64,000 nt of DNA, from assembly GCA_051362555.1 (NCBI GenBank), contig CM120645.1, positions 19,034,001-19,098,000 of the forward strand, read 5' to 3'. Position numbers and translations under genes: made by a program. This stretch comes from Lingula anatina. Its lineage: Eukaryota > Animalia > Brachiopoda. Under the pieces are notes generated by a model. That model saw only the letters and a list, made by a program, of their open reading frames with translations. It had not been told where the DNA came from and made no database searches. Shown here piece after piece: positions 1 to 12,640 of the stretch. How positions within the stretch are numbered: the stretch's first letter is position 1; every line of letters starts with the position of its first letter.

Positions 1-252
1 CCTTTGTTTTTCTAAACTTCAGCTACTTGAGCCGTAAAGGAATATTTTGCTTTGGCTTTAAATTCTAATCCTGTTTACTGAATTAGGATTAGTAAAGGGT
101 GCAGCTCTATTCCCTCGTCTCTATATACAGAACCAAGATCTCTGATAGAGGACACCAAGAAAAAAAAATTGATTTTTTTGTTTAGATTCAGGAATCTTGA
201 TGGACATGCTGTTATTCTAATGAGAGTGCTGTAGGTTCTTTTTTAATTTTAG

Positions 253-396
253 ACCAAGGTGCATGTGCTGGGTCCCCAAAGCCTGGGTCCAGTGGAGTGC
301 TGAACCGAAGCCCCTCACCTCCTGGGGCCTGTGGGGGTGTGGCCTCTTTTTCTGAAACAGCTTCCATTATGAATCAACTTCCACCAAATGCATTTA
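253..396 (+). CDS. OTUD5: Penultimate coding exon of OTU-domain deubiquitinase 5 (gene begins upstream of window)
   Basis: ttttaattttAG acceptor (251-252), phase-1 exon xQGACAGSPKPGSSGVLNRSPSPPGACGGVASFSETASIMNQLPPNAF, donor A|GTAAG at 397; splices in frame to 684. Confidence 0.8.
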
Positions 397-683
397 GTAA
401 GCATATTGAGATTACTGGTTCACTTGTATTTTTATTCTCCCAATTGAAACAAAAAATAATAATTGATAGAATTATGGTTCAATATATACTTAAATGTTCA
501 TTAAAAAAAAAAAGATCAGTATGAAATTACTAAAAGACCAGACCATTTATTTCCAAAGTTGAACTTTCTAATATTCAATTTTTTTTTTTTTTTTTTGTCC
601 TTTACATTTGGTATCTTCAAAATTACTAATGCTCTAAATGTGTGTATGTTCTGTTGTTTTTGACTTTCACTTTCACTTTCCAG

Positions 684-820
684 ACCTTTCAGACTGGGTC
701 ACTGATGATGATGACATTTTGGCTCAAGTGATGGCCCAGTCGCAACAAGAATATCTGGACAGTCTGAGGAAGAACGCTGCTGGCACAAGTAAACAATCCT
801 CATCCAGCGGAAACAGCTAA
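684..820 (+). CDS. OTUD5: Last coding exon of OTUD5/DUBA (C-terminal UIM-like helix)
   Basis: tttcactttccAG acceptor; (N)[30 protein letters not shown]...* resembles, from memory, the vertebrate OTUD5 C-terminus ([34 protein letters not shown]); TAA at 818-820. Confidence 0.85.
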
Positions 821-2340
821 CACACACTGCAGGGCAGCATAGGTTGATATATAGGGTTTCTATTTTACACTGATCAGTAATGCTTCTAAAAGTGGGACGC
901 ATTGTTAAGGTTTAAAGACCACTCTCATTTACAATAAAGACAAACTCTTTTTAGTTTATGACTACCCCAATGGCATATTTCAGTGTTTAAAGGCTATCGT
1001 AATATATGCAGCAAATGAAATCTAATTTTTTTTTTTTCATTTTTGATGAAGAAAATGGAGGGTTAACATATCCCTGATTTTGATGGGACAGTAAGTTGAG
1101 AATTGTTCCAGTGTTAGCAGTAAGCTGGGCTGGTCTATCTGCTGTGTGATCATTTTGTGTCCGTGTTCTTCACATTGTGATGAGGAATTGTGGCATTATA
1201 CCATTTCATATAACACAGATATATGCAATCCCCGTCAGTAGTTGGTTAAGACTTGCCCAGTGCCATAAGCCACTGTGGTATCTTTCTGATGCCGGTGTTT
1301 GTATGGAATTCGATAGTAGATGCTTGACTGAGTTTTTAGGATGAAAAAAAATTCCTATGATTAAAGTGTGGTATGTCATTGAGAGTGTACATTTACTTGT
1401 GTCCTTCCATTTCTGTGAAGTAGGGCATACTAATGAGCTTCCATGCAAGATATTTGAGTTGTCTTGTGTTGGCACCATTTGGTCAGGGGTGGTGGAGGGT
1501 GAACACTGCCATATCCTAGAATTCACTGTGGGGGGAATGGGGCACAAGGAAAACTTTTTCCTCACTCTGCTCATCAGATATAAACCAGTAGAGGAGGACT
1601 ATTTTGTAAGGGTATGTAAGGCACATCTTCACTGCTCTATTAGTTTATTTATTATGTACTTGAGTAATTGGGACACACTCAGCGATGATGTTTGATTGAT
1701 GGTTTTTGTGCTAGTGACTTTTCATGTTACTTCTCACATGTCATTTAAACCACATCATATTTGCTTTGCTTTGTTGTTGTAGGTAAATACTTAAAACTGC
1801 TAAGATATACAAAGGTTTGCTGACCCCCTCCCCCTCTGAACAAATTAGATAGCAAGTGATTAGTTGATGGAAAAAAGTGCATTTGGAAACTTGTCACATA
1901 TATAAGAATATCCTGTCAATGGTGACACCCCTACTTTGCTTGCAGAAAAGAACCTTTAAAAAGTTGCTGGATTTTGAATAGAAATATTTGTGAATGGGAA
2001 AAACAGTAGTATTTTTTTTATGAAATGTGGTGCCTGTTTTAGGACAAAAGGGCAAGGCCAATGTGGCCAAAGTTTTAGGCAGATACTTAACTTATGTGGA
2101 CCACTTTTTTTTTTTAGCTGAAGAACAATAGATAAGCATAGATCCAATATTGTGGTGCTGAAATGTTGTTAAGAAAATGAAATTGTCTTTGGAAGGTTAT
2201 GATAAGTATTGGCATATGTGTTTGCAGATACAGAAATGGTGCTTGGATATGTTGTAATTTTGCATTGGAATGTATATTGGCAAAAATGTTTGATATGTTG
2301 GTGACAGTAATTATTGTAATAAATTATAGTATAAATTGGC
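821..2340 (+). other. Probable OTUD5 3'UTR with candidate poly(A) signals
   Basis: T-rich, CpG-poor sequence after the stop; AATAAA at 933-938 and 2318-2323. True end unknown. Confidence 0.4.
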
Positions 2341-3738
2341 CTGAAAAAAACAAAACCATGATGATGTGATTCATATTTCAAATTTTGTAATAATTATTGA
2401 AGTTATCAAGAAATTTATCATAACTCCCTCAGTTTAAAAGGTCTGTTCCAAAGGCTGCTCAATTAGAATCCAATTTTTGTAACTAATTATAAAATGACAA
2501 ATTATTTCAACTAGATATTTTTAAAATTAGAATTTCATTTCTTAATTCAGAGTATTTATTGAGAGTCTACACCCAGTTAACCAAAACCTGATAGATGTTT
2601 AAAGAGAGCTCCGTTTTGTCAGGTTCGTGAAATGTTTGTTGTGTACAAGGCACTGTAATGGTTTGGGTTGATTATTTATTTATACCTCCCATTATTCCCT
2701 TTTATTGCAATATTTTTGTTGTGCAAGGTACGTTTTTATTGTTATGCGTCAATGGTATGTGGAGCAATTATTGAGAGAATATGTTTCAGATTATGCTTCT
2801 TAGTGGTAAACATAGCACATCTGCCAATAAATTGAACTTACTTTGAAGATTTGTTTTCTCTTCATTGAAAAAATAAATTGAGACGGTTGACCCAAGAAAT
2901 AAATATTTGGCGCAAGTCCACATTCGGTCCCGTACTGCAGTATTCCCACAACGACAGAAATGTGACAAAGACCGTTTCATTCGGTTGTGACAGGAATGGT
3001 AGTTAATTTTCAGTTGTCCATAATTTTGTTAACGTTAAGCCGGTGTTCGGCTGATATACTGTTCCCAATACTTCCGATTATCTGTAACCCGTGCTAGTCA
3101 TGTGAGACCCCATACTTCTATTCCTGTCACACCGGCAATAGCGGTTATTGTTTCGCAAGGACAAACAGTCGCGCTTTCTACTGACTTAAGAAAATTGGCT
3201 AACGGACTTCAATGTTTATTGTTTAAGACTTTTTAAACAAAATCTATAAACATGAATTGCTCTGGCAGTTATGGAGATGGATTGAGAAGATTTCGAGGGA
3301 CACCTTCCAGACTAATGTCTCTGGTGAAAATTAATAGTGTTCAGACTAGGCCATGCAATTATCAAATCTACAGGAATTTTTTTAAACCAAAATCTGAAAT
3401 TGTGACCTCCATCAACGGCCAAATATTTGACCACAAACAAAGGGGCAAACCGATACATTGTCGAAAATTCTTATCCACAAATAAAAATAATATACAATTA
3501 TTGACTATGAGGTCAAGATGATATTTATAAACCTCAGAAGTGATAAATAACGACATCGGCAGCGCCTCGGTCGTTATCACTCTGTCGTATCTATAGCATG
3601 TTTCTTTAAACATTTTGGTTATAAAGTTGCAAGATAAAAATAAAAGTGGAACTAAGTCGGTCTTACTATTAACATTTTTTGGAGTTTTGAAAAGTAAACA
3701 GAAACACAACCACAATCCTTTTAGCACCGTAAACTTAC

Positions 3739-3934
3739 CTCTCTGCGCACAAAAAAGATCGTAATTGTCATTTGTGAGAAGCGCCAAAAGACGACCGCTT
3801 ACTTTAATCCGTCTCCTACATTTTTCTGCACTTTTGGGGGGAGGTCTTGGAAAAGGAAAGAAGTTTATACCACCCTCCAAACGTTCGGGATATCGCCTGT
3901 CAGAGTTGCAGTATTCCAACTGCCATCTTTTCAA
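3739..3934 (-). pseudogene. Degenerate THAP zinc-finger exon, likely DNA-transposon relic
   Basis: MKRWQLEYCNSDRRYPERLEGGINFFPFPRPPPKSAEKCRRRIKVSGR...LFCAQ resembles transposon THAP domains (KRC..G.CNSD.RYPE...FFPFPKP....KC..WI..CGR...VCSKHF). First Cys and Trp are lost. Ends at AG|GTAAGT donor (GT 3738-3737). Confidence 0.6.
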
Positions 3935-4575
3935 AATATATTTTTAGAATTATCTTCTTTTCGTTCATGCGGCGCGTAACATGATCTCGCGAACGTTTGT
4001 CCCGAAACGAAAAAGACAGCCAGTGAAGCGTGAGAAATATAGCGCGCTGATTGGCTTACAGCCGCCAATGATTCATTAATTATGAAATTATAAAGGCTTG
4101 ACTTTGAAGTCTTTTCGCTTATAAATTTCACTTTCAATAATAATGAAAATACAAATAATATATATAAAAATGACAATAATGCAACTTAAGGTTGACTGTT
4201 CTATAATAACAAAACTGAAATCTGCTATCTTCTAAAAGAGATATCAAAATACATTTTTAAGATCTGCGATGAAATTGAAATAATGAACGTGGCTGGTAAA
4301 AAACTAAATGCTTTAGCAAAAAGATTTGTTATGCGAATACGAAAGTTTCTCAGCTAAATCCACAATATACCTCACTGATGCCGTCTTAATTCTGCTGCCT
4401 GATGTTCTACATGTACTAGTGTGTGTGTGTGTGTGTGTGTAATTTATGCTAATTAAATTAAAATGCACAAACAATAAAATAAAAAATATATATAATTAAG
4501 TATTTGATTCAAGGATAAAGGCACGTCCTTAAAAAAGTAAATTTTATCTAATGTTCTAAAATGGTGATTACTGTA

Positions 4576-4793
4576 TACAATGGCACAATTATCTTGAATA
4601 AATATAAAATAAAAAATCTGGTATTTAAGTTAACTAAGCCTAACTTTTAAGCTTTAGAGCCCCGTTTAACGAAAGGGCTCGACTACAATGGCACAATTAT
4701 CTTGTATAAAAATAAAATTAAAAATCTGGTATTGAAGTTAACTAAGCCTAACTTTTAAGCTTTAGAGTCCCGTTTAACAAAAGGGCTCGACTA
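4576..4793. repeat. Tandem duplication, 2 x 108 bp
   Basis: tacaatggcacaattatcttg...aaagggctcgac starts at 4576 and again at 4684 with few mismatches; each unit ends with a GAGCCC..GGGCTC stem-loop (GAGTCC in the second unit). Confidence 0.9.
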
Positions 4794-5014
4794 AAACTGA
4801 TTAACTCGAACAGCAGATTAAATCTAGGCAACTTTGCGTTTTTGGCCTGCATGGAACGCTTCTAAGGCGTACAATAATAGTCAGACTCCACCCTTCTATT
4901 TTGTTCCAATAAGAACTGGTAAAGTAACACGTATGGCATTTGCCTTCATGCATATACTGCGTACGTACTTGCATATAGCTATAAGTAGAAAATTTAGGGA
5001 AAAAAGCACAAGAC

Positions 5015-6094
5015 CTACGGGGGGATACATGGATTCTGTCGCCACCATTGTAGAATATCATCATAACATGTCTTCGGATCGTTAACATCATTAATTCTCT
5101 TACAGACATTGCACCATTCATAATATTCGTCGACGGACGTGACGTTCTCCTTACTGCGCAAATATCGGACGTATCTGCTATCATCTTTGTCTATTTCTAT
5201 TAAAAAATTAGCAAGATCCTTCGGTGTTTTGAACTTCCTTGCGTCTATAAACCAGTCAGGTTTTATACCATAAAATGAGTAGTTGGCCCCACTTCGGACA
5301 ACACTTACAATGTCGTGTTTTAGAGTCTTAAAATACTTCTCTGTGAGGTAATAATTCGCCAGACTATTCTCAAATGAGAGATAGAATTTATAAGTTTCAT
5401 AGATATGTTTTTCACATGGCGTATGGGCGGGGCACTTCATTGGACCGCAGGCGCCATATATGTCTACAGGTATGTATCGTTGTAGTTCCTTCACATACTT
5501 CTCTCTCTTTCCTGGAGTGTTACAATTACTTACAAACCAAGCCACTTTCTTACTTTTTAGACTCATAATAGCGGAATAGTTTCTTTTCCTTGGTGTTGTT
5601 ATTGGTTTCACCTCATTATAATTTGCTATAAAATCAGAATCTGCCCTATACGTCATCGTCCAGTTAAAAGCTCCTTTCCAATTTTTTAGGTGTTTCAAAC
5701 CATAATAGCAAGGGCTTTCCATCATATTCAGAAGCCACCTCTGGTTTGGAAGTTTAACCTGGGGCCTGTCTCCCAATTCTAAAGCATGGAACGCAATGAC
5801 ATCAGCCTCTTTTAAGCGAGATCTTTGATCCGTCATTTCGCAAACTACTGGACAGTCTTTTAAACGTTCGAACGGCACAGTTCCCATGGGGTCATACCCC
5901 CAGTGATTTAATCCGAAAAATTTGGTCCAAAATAAAATGACCTTAGGTTTGGTCCCATTATAATATTGTTTCTTTAGTGTTGGATTCAGCATTCGGATTG
6001 GTGGAATCGTTTCTGATACAAAGACAAGTAAAATCAAACAGCAAATTCCGGCGACCACGCCCACTACAAACACTGTGTTGCGCCCTTGAGTCAT
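5015..6094 (-). CDS. Alpha-1,3-fucosyltransferase (GT10 family), copy A, 359 aa, single coding exon
   Basis: Type II TM N-terminus; ILFWT, ADVIAFH, MESP, FNWTMTYRADSD, VAWFVSNC, VDIYGACG and alpha3 motif YKFYLSFENS..YLTEK. Splice acceptor 9 nt upstream of the ATG with an in-frame TGA between them, so the 5' exon is non-coding. Confidence 0.95.
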   Translation of the reverse strand: MTQGRNTVFVVGVVAGICCLILLVFVSETIPPIRMLNPTLKKQYYNGTKPKVILFWTKFFGLNHWGYDPMGTVPFERLKDCPVVCEMTDQRSRLKEADVIAFHALELGDRPQVKLPNQRWLLNMMESPCYYGLKHLKNWKGAFNWTMTYRADSDFIANYNEVKPITTPRKRNYSAIMSLKSKKVAWFVSNCNTPGKREKYVKELQRYIPVDIYGACGPMKCPAHTPCEKHIYETYKFYLSFENSLANYYLTEKYFKTLKHDIVSVVRSGANYSFYGIKPDWFIDARKFKTPKDLANFLIEIDKDDSRYVRYLRSKENVTSVDEYYEWCNVCKRINDVNDPKTCYDDILQWWRQNPCIPP

Positions 6095-7107
6095 CTCTCA
6101 CACCTGGTAATCAAACAAAAGAAACCAAGAATAGAATATCAAAAGAGGTACAAATTATTGATGTCTTTATTATGTATGTATCAATTTAACCTCTTTTTTA
6201 TCAAGCGAGAGCGGCGTGGCAACAAATGAGAGTCGACCAAACTGATCAATGACTGTTCTTCAGGGTTTTTTTCTCTAACGTTCCGTAGAATTACAATCTT
6301 TTGCTCAACAGCACGTATTCCTATTCCCATAGTTTTCCGTGTTCCGGCCGCATACAGTTTCTCCTTTGTTGTTAGTCTCGCCTCACGCGGATTCTCGCAA
6401 GTTTTCTAGTCTCGTTTGGCGTCACGTAATGCCGATAGAGACGCTTTTGGGCTTCTCCAAAGGTTTCCAACAGCAGCCCTGTATAACTGACCACTTCCTG
6501 ACGTTAAACGAAAAACTTCAGTCTCATTATTGCCTCCAAGAAGGAACCCAGCATCATCTTTTTGCAGTGCCTGGAATTAATAATGTACAATGTATTCATT
6601 TATAGTATTTTCAGTTGTGGTGAAAGCAAAAGCGAGGCAATGGTACCAAACAAATACATGTTCGAAACAATTTGTAATTTCATAAAATTGGGAATTTTTA
6701 TAAAGATTCTAGCGTGGCGTTCATCAAAAGACTTCTCGGTCATTACTGGAATCTTCAATAAAAATAATAATTATAAACATAAAGCATACGATATAATAAA
6801 TTCTCATGCTTGCATATTCATTAGCTAAATTGACAATTTGTAGAATTTACAAGCCTAAAAATGCCAAAGATAGTCTGGTTGACCTAGTTTTCATATCGAG
6901 ACTCGACTCTGATCTGTGCTGCCATAAATATGAAAGGACCATAATCCAATACTGGTCTAGGACCAGTGAAGCCTCGATAGGGTCTACTTCATATTTTGTG
7001 TAATGTTAAACTTGTCCGATTTTTTGGCCTGAACGCTTGCCTGAAATGCAAACCCTTACAAACATGTCTTAATAATTTGTCTAATTATTTTGTTTTTTAC
7101 ATCAATC

Positions 7108-7391
7108 CCCGCACGAAAATGCAGTAGTATCGAAGTAGCAAAGAAGCATTAACGCAGTAGTGGTGTGGAGCATATTTGCAGTAGAAATGCAGTATAGCCT
7201 ACTGCAATTCTACTTCAAAAATTACATAGGGTTGTACAGAGGAGGAGCATTAATGCAGTAGATTAGCAGCATGATAGAAGCATGTTTCAAATATGCTAAT
7301 TAGCTCCCACATCGAAGCAGATTTGAAGCATGTTTGCAGTATGATTGCAGTAGTCTACTGCGCTGGAGTATCTACTTCGTTTTCATGCGGG
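7108..7391. mobile_element. Non-autonomous DNA transposon (CMC/EnSpm-like MITE)
   Basis: Imperfect TIRs CCCGCACGAAAATGCAGTAG ... CTACTTCGTTTTCATGCGGG, 2-bp TSD TC, many internal GCAGTAG subterminal repeats. Confidence 0.65.
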
Positions 7392-7501
7392 TCTGGGTGC
7401 TTACTGATAAAATTGTTCGGAATGCACATACGCCTGTAGGTCCCTACTTTCCCCTAACATTAATAGGTGCCGTTAAAAACAAAGTAAATACCCACGACAA
7501 A

Positions 7502-7709
7502 TACCCTCTACCAGGGCGAGTGATAGATTTTTTACAGATATTCAAAGATATGTATCTAGCTAGATAGATGGTCATTTAAAGCTCAACTCACCCTGTTGAG
7601 AAATCTCAAGGCTGATTACATGGGTTGAGCTTTAAACGACCATCTATCTAGCTAGAGACATATCTGTGAATATCTGTAAAAAATCTATCACTCGCCCTGG
7701 TAGAGGGTA
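7502..7709. mobile_element. Foldback MITE with ~88-bp TIRs and 9-bp TSD (Mutator/MULE-like)
   Basis: TACCCTCTACCAGGGCGAGTGATAG... is near-perfectly inverted at ...CTATCACTCGCCCTGGTAGAGGGTA; CACGACAAA duplicated at 7493-7501 and 7710-7718. Confidence 0.9.
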
Positions 7710-8482
7710 CACGACAAATACGACCCATATTTACCGATATACTTCCTTATTGATCCACTTAATCCACCAAACTGGACCGATGATATATCATATTATCCTT
7801 TGCGCGTGGCGCATGTTTCGCAAACTGTTGTAAAAAGTGTCACACGAGTAACCGGTTTTTTACTTCCCTTTTTGCTCCTCATGCCTCTCAACACATCAGA
7901 AAGATCAGCTGGTACGACAATGGGCAATGTTTTGATGACCTACAATACAATGCAATATAATATAAATCAATAAATACTCAGTAGTGTAGGTAGTACGTTA
8001 GCACGATAGAACAACCCAGTATTTTAGCAGTAATTCATGTCTTTTAGTTGTAGATGTTGAGCAAAAAAGAAAAATAACCCAGAGTATTTGTGTTGAAAGA
8101 GTGACTGATGATAATTCAATGCCATCAGCAAAAGTACTGCCCCTCCAATTTTTTTTTTCGCATCAGCACAGAATAATGATCTTCTTAAAATGAAAACAAA
8201 GTTCTTTGAAGGTTTGCTTCGCATTGGCAAACTTTTGTGATACTGCTGTGCATTTTATTTAAAATGCAGAACGTGTTCATCAGTTGACAAGGGTGTTAGA
8301 TGACAAGTGGGCGTGGCACCTTCAATCACGAGTTATTTACAGTGCAGTCGAGCACGTTTGGGCGTCAATGTATCTGTGACCGCCAGACAAAGGGTGAAAT
8401 CCAGTGGGTGACCAGAGATTTTTTAAAAGTTTCAACATATATACTAGTTATATATAGTAACAAGTTATATGTTCTGATAAAT

Positions 8483-8514
<32 letters not shown>

Positions 8515-8691
8515 TTAAAGTTGCACTTTTGATATTCCAAATGTAGTGATTTAATATACTGGTATTTCTGATCATCATGCAGCATTATGGGTAATTATAC
8601 TGACAGAGAGCCAGGGTGTGTCTCAAAAATGCTTAAAAAAACTGTTTAAATCCAAATGGTGTCCACGAAATAGTCAATTAGCCAGACTTAG

Positions 8692-8882
8692 CAGGCCCGT
8701 AGCCAGCAATTTCAGAGAGGGGGGGGGTTCGTTTTCTGAAAAAGTGGACCTTTTACCATAAATTCCTCAAGTACATATATCAAATTTTACCCAGAGTGGA
8801 CCTTTTCCCAGCAAAAAGGGTGGTTCTTTCGAACCCCCCGAACCCCCCCCCCCCCCCCCCCCCCCCCCCGGCTACGGGCCTG
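8692..8882. mobile_element. MITE with CAGGCCCGTAGCC TIR and 5-bp TSD (hAT5-like), copy 1
   Basis: CAGGCCCGTAGCC...GGCTACGGGCCTG, internal poly-G/poly-C, CTTAG on both sides; related copy at 19387-19519. Confidence 0.85.
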
Positions 8883-9863
8883 CTTAGTGTTCATTTGATG
8901 ATGTGTGTGCTACATGACAATTTCAGGAAAGAGTGATCAGCGGGAAGTAGCCTATGACGTTGAGTGGATACCTCGTTCACCGACCACCCTGACATATTGT
9001 TTTATCTGCGGGGTTATCTCAAGAATAATGTGGAGAGGACTATCTAAATCGGATAGCTAAAAATTATGTCACTATTTATTCATACGCTTTTTATTTACCA
9101 AATATAAAGTCAAGCATTATTATAGTAGAAAAAATAATAGGCCTAGGCCCCTATGTGTACCCCACCTGCTCTCAAATCGCTGTGGTGATCAACCATTGTA
9201 AAATAACTGGAATGTTGTATCTATTTCATAAAACTGATCGATCGATAACTGAGGTTTAGTGCGACAGTCAGATCATATGGAACGTTTGCATTTTACCACA
9301 CAGGATGAATCATTCCAGGTAGGTACTAGGCCTACGTGAACTCCGCCATTATGTTGGCGGGCAGACAATACAATACGCTTGGTTAATCGGCAGGTATTCG
9401 GACTGAAAACACCTGCCTTACGTACCGTTTACGTCTGTTCAAATAGATTAAATCGAGCACAGAGACCGACCTTACTTTACACACCTAGGTGACGTGTACC
9501 ATTCAATTCAGTGCACATTACACTAAGGGCAGAATTTCTGTAATAAATTTTAGCATACACTAGTTGGTCACTAGTTTTTTGGCGGGGTCATTAAAGAATA
9601 ATCTTTTCATACCTCTGCTGAATTTCTCCATTGTTGTACAGTGTGTAGTGCGACGTCAAGAATGACTACATTCCCTCAAAACGAATAACCTAGCCTAGAG
9701 ATGTGAACTCCATGGATTTCAGCCAGTAAGATTTTTATTCAGTGCTGTGAACGTCCTTTTTCCAACAGTAACGCGATTTCTTGTGCTATGCTTTGAACAT
9801 AGTTCGACTTCCTCCAGGTTGTACGGTGGTACCTTGAAATATTGAATATGGTGGTCTGCAAAA

Positions 9864-10069
9864 TGACGTCACGTGAGACGTATTGTTAACAGCGCCCTTC
9901 CAATGTTCCACGGTTTATGAGATTCATTATTCAATAGTCATTCAACGATATATGCAAAGTATCTAAAATATCATATATTACACATTATTACGATAGTAAA
10001 TTAAGCCTTTTGGAAAAGGGAATGAACGTGGGATTTACACAATCCCGTCTTGGCAAGGTCACGTGAGAC
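9864..10069. promoter_or_regulatory. Candidate shared regulatory element between the divergent FucT genes (CRE + two CLEAR/E-box motifs)
   Basis: TGACGTCACGTGAGAC at 9864-9879 and GTCACGTGAGAC at 10058-10069, near the centre of the inverted duplication; minus-strand donor AG|GTATGA at 9612. Confidence 0.3.
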
Positions 10070-12289
10070 CAAGGAGTAACCTAAAACCGAGGTCGTGACG
10101 AGAATTTTTACGAATCTGAATAGGTTGTCGATCACTGAGCCTGTTCAGCGTGGACGCAACAGGAGAGAGAATGTTTGCGGATGTTAGGCACTGAGAAGTA
10201 GCAGTAACCTATTTCTTTTTTTTTTTTTTTTTTATTGCAGAGAGGGTTATATGCAATTGTATACAATTTTATTGCACAAAATATGCGAGCAGAGCAAAAA
10301 AATCTACTGCTGTTCTGAAAGAGTCAACAGACAGTAGACAAACTATAAAAATCCAGGAAAACTAAGCCATTTTTGGGCCAATCTGGAAAGTAATGCAACA
10401 GTTTTCATTTCTGTTATTTTACCACAATGCTTTTCTGTAAAGCCTCTAAAATCTCACACGTACTAATAGTTCTTAGGAATCCTAGTGTGAGAGGCCGCCA
10501 ATTTCATAGTGGTTATATGTTTATCAACTACAACCAGGGAGATTCAGTGACCATGGTCAAATTTAGATTGTTTCTCAGCGTTTTCCATTCCTTTAATAAA
10601 AGCCTTTAAATATGTAAATTGTGTAGGCCTATCCTTCGTCATTTTGACAAAAATGCCTGGGGGGAAATAGTGTTCATAATAGATTTAATTTTGATTTTCA
10701 TTCTTTTCTACACCCATTTTACCCTTATAATATATATACTTATATATCTGGTGGGCATCAAGTTCGTTTCATCGGACTTTAAAAAAAAATTTTATATGGC
10801 CGCCATTTGCAATATGATTATATTGGAATCAAGTAGGCCTACTGCCAGGGATTTCATTTACATATTGCCTATTAACAAACAAAGTTTGAGTCTGCATATT
10901 TTCCACGTCCTTACTGTATTACCTACATAATATATAAATGCGTAGAGAAGGCCTAACAAGTGTGTATTCTTTGGTATTTGAATAAGATCTAAGAAATTAC
11001 AGTAGGCCTAATTTGCTGGACTAAATCTTCAGTCTCTGTGCGATCATTCTCAAAGTTTCGGTTATCATGGTAGCTTTGCAAAAAAACCACGTTCTATCAA
11101 AAAATGCTTCAGATGGCCTCCGCGGCGTTAGAGGCACTCGTCGCGCAAAATTTTCAATTATTCAGCCACGTTCCTCTTCGGGAATTTCCCTGATTTTTGC
11201 TGTGATAACTGCCTTCAGTTCACCAATCTTTTGTTCTGGTCCACATTATACTTGTGATAAATCTGCAGATAAAACAATATGTCGGAGTGTTCGGTGAATG
11301 GGGTGCCCACTCCGCGTCACACTTCCTGCTGATCACTCTTTCCTGAAATTGCTATGTGGCAGTGCTGAGGAAATTTGGAAATCCCTGGGTCGACGCAGAT
11401 AGATAAGATGGACGGTGGTAGCAAGACAGGGCCACCACAGACACGTCAAATGTCTACGTAGTCTGACTGAGAGAATAATTGACTATTTTGTGCTACGTAT
11501 GCAAGTGTGGGTCCAACTCCACGAACGCCATTTGGGGTATATATTGGAAAGACTTCTATGTAAAGCTATGCCACATGGCGGCAGACAATAGGTCGTGACG
11601 GCATTTATAGGTTCCAAACCTGAAGCAGTACATCGAGATTAGCGTGATTCCAATAGCACACGAACAAAACATTGTGCCTCGATATGGAACCAGACAACTC
11701 TGTGGTTTTTAGTCTCCAAATTCTACCAAATATCCATTTAACTAATAAATAGGCCTCGCTATAGATCTTATTATATCGTGTATTATTGAAGATTCCAGTG
11801 ATAAACAAGAAGTCTTTTGATGTATTCTAAACTATGATCTTCATTTTAAAATATCGATTTTTACGATATTACTAATTGTATGGCAGTGTAAGGTACCATT
11901 GCCTCGCTTTGGGAAAATTAAAACTGGCACTCTAAACAAGGAAGCAGAAGTTAAAACTTTCATATTGGTTAATTTCGCCCACGCATAAGAACATCCTCGC
12001 AGCACTGCCTGCAATTAACCTTCCTATACGATTTTAAATGCATTTTGCAATAATATTTTCAATCTGCCACACGAAGCATATATATATATCAGGAGTGGGA
12101 ATTCCCTTATAATGAAGGCAAAATAAATGTTATTCTAAGATAAATCTGATGGATTCATCTTTTAATACATACAATCAACAGGACATTTCCAATGTGCGCT
12201 CTCAAAACGACACCAGAGAGTAAATTAAGTCAAATCAATCAGACGGTAAACACAGGCAGGCTTTCTCAATTTCAACAATTGTCTATTTC

Positions 12290-12640
12290 AAAAAGCGCGC
12301 TTTTAGCGCATGCGCAGTAGTTTAAATCCTATGCTGATGCCAATATCTGGACTGTGTATAGATATACCACCACACGTGATTTGGCCGTCGTGCTGAGACT
12401 GTTCTCTGTATTTCGGGTTTTTTTTTTTGTGTGTGTTTTTTTAATAGTTACATTTCAATTTCCTCACAACAGTTTGTGAAATTTTTGTATTGGCGTAGTA
12501 CATTTTCATCAGTAGAATTGAATTAAAATAATGAAAGCGGCAGCGGCAAATAGGCCTACCAGCTAGGTCTTGGTAGCTTCTTTGTGGATTCACATCTGTC
12601 ACATCTGCATACAAGTAAGGTTTAAACATTTTAGGTGAGT
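12290..12640 (+). promoter_or_regulatory. Candidate promoter/non-coding first exon for FucT copy B
   Basis: NRF1-type GCGCATGCGC (~12306-12315), CACGTG (~12373), strong donor AG|GTGAGT at ~12635. Confidence 0.3.

Noticed and set aside
1206-1695. Overlapping 122-aa and 112-aa ORFs
   Set aside because: No recognisable domain; they lie in the probable OTUD5 3'UTR.
4801-5568. Paired ORFs 4801-5184/16156-16428 and 5374-5568/15772-15966
   Set aside because: Alternate-frame or antisense shadows of the duplicated FucT CDS.
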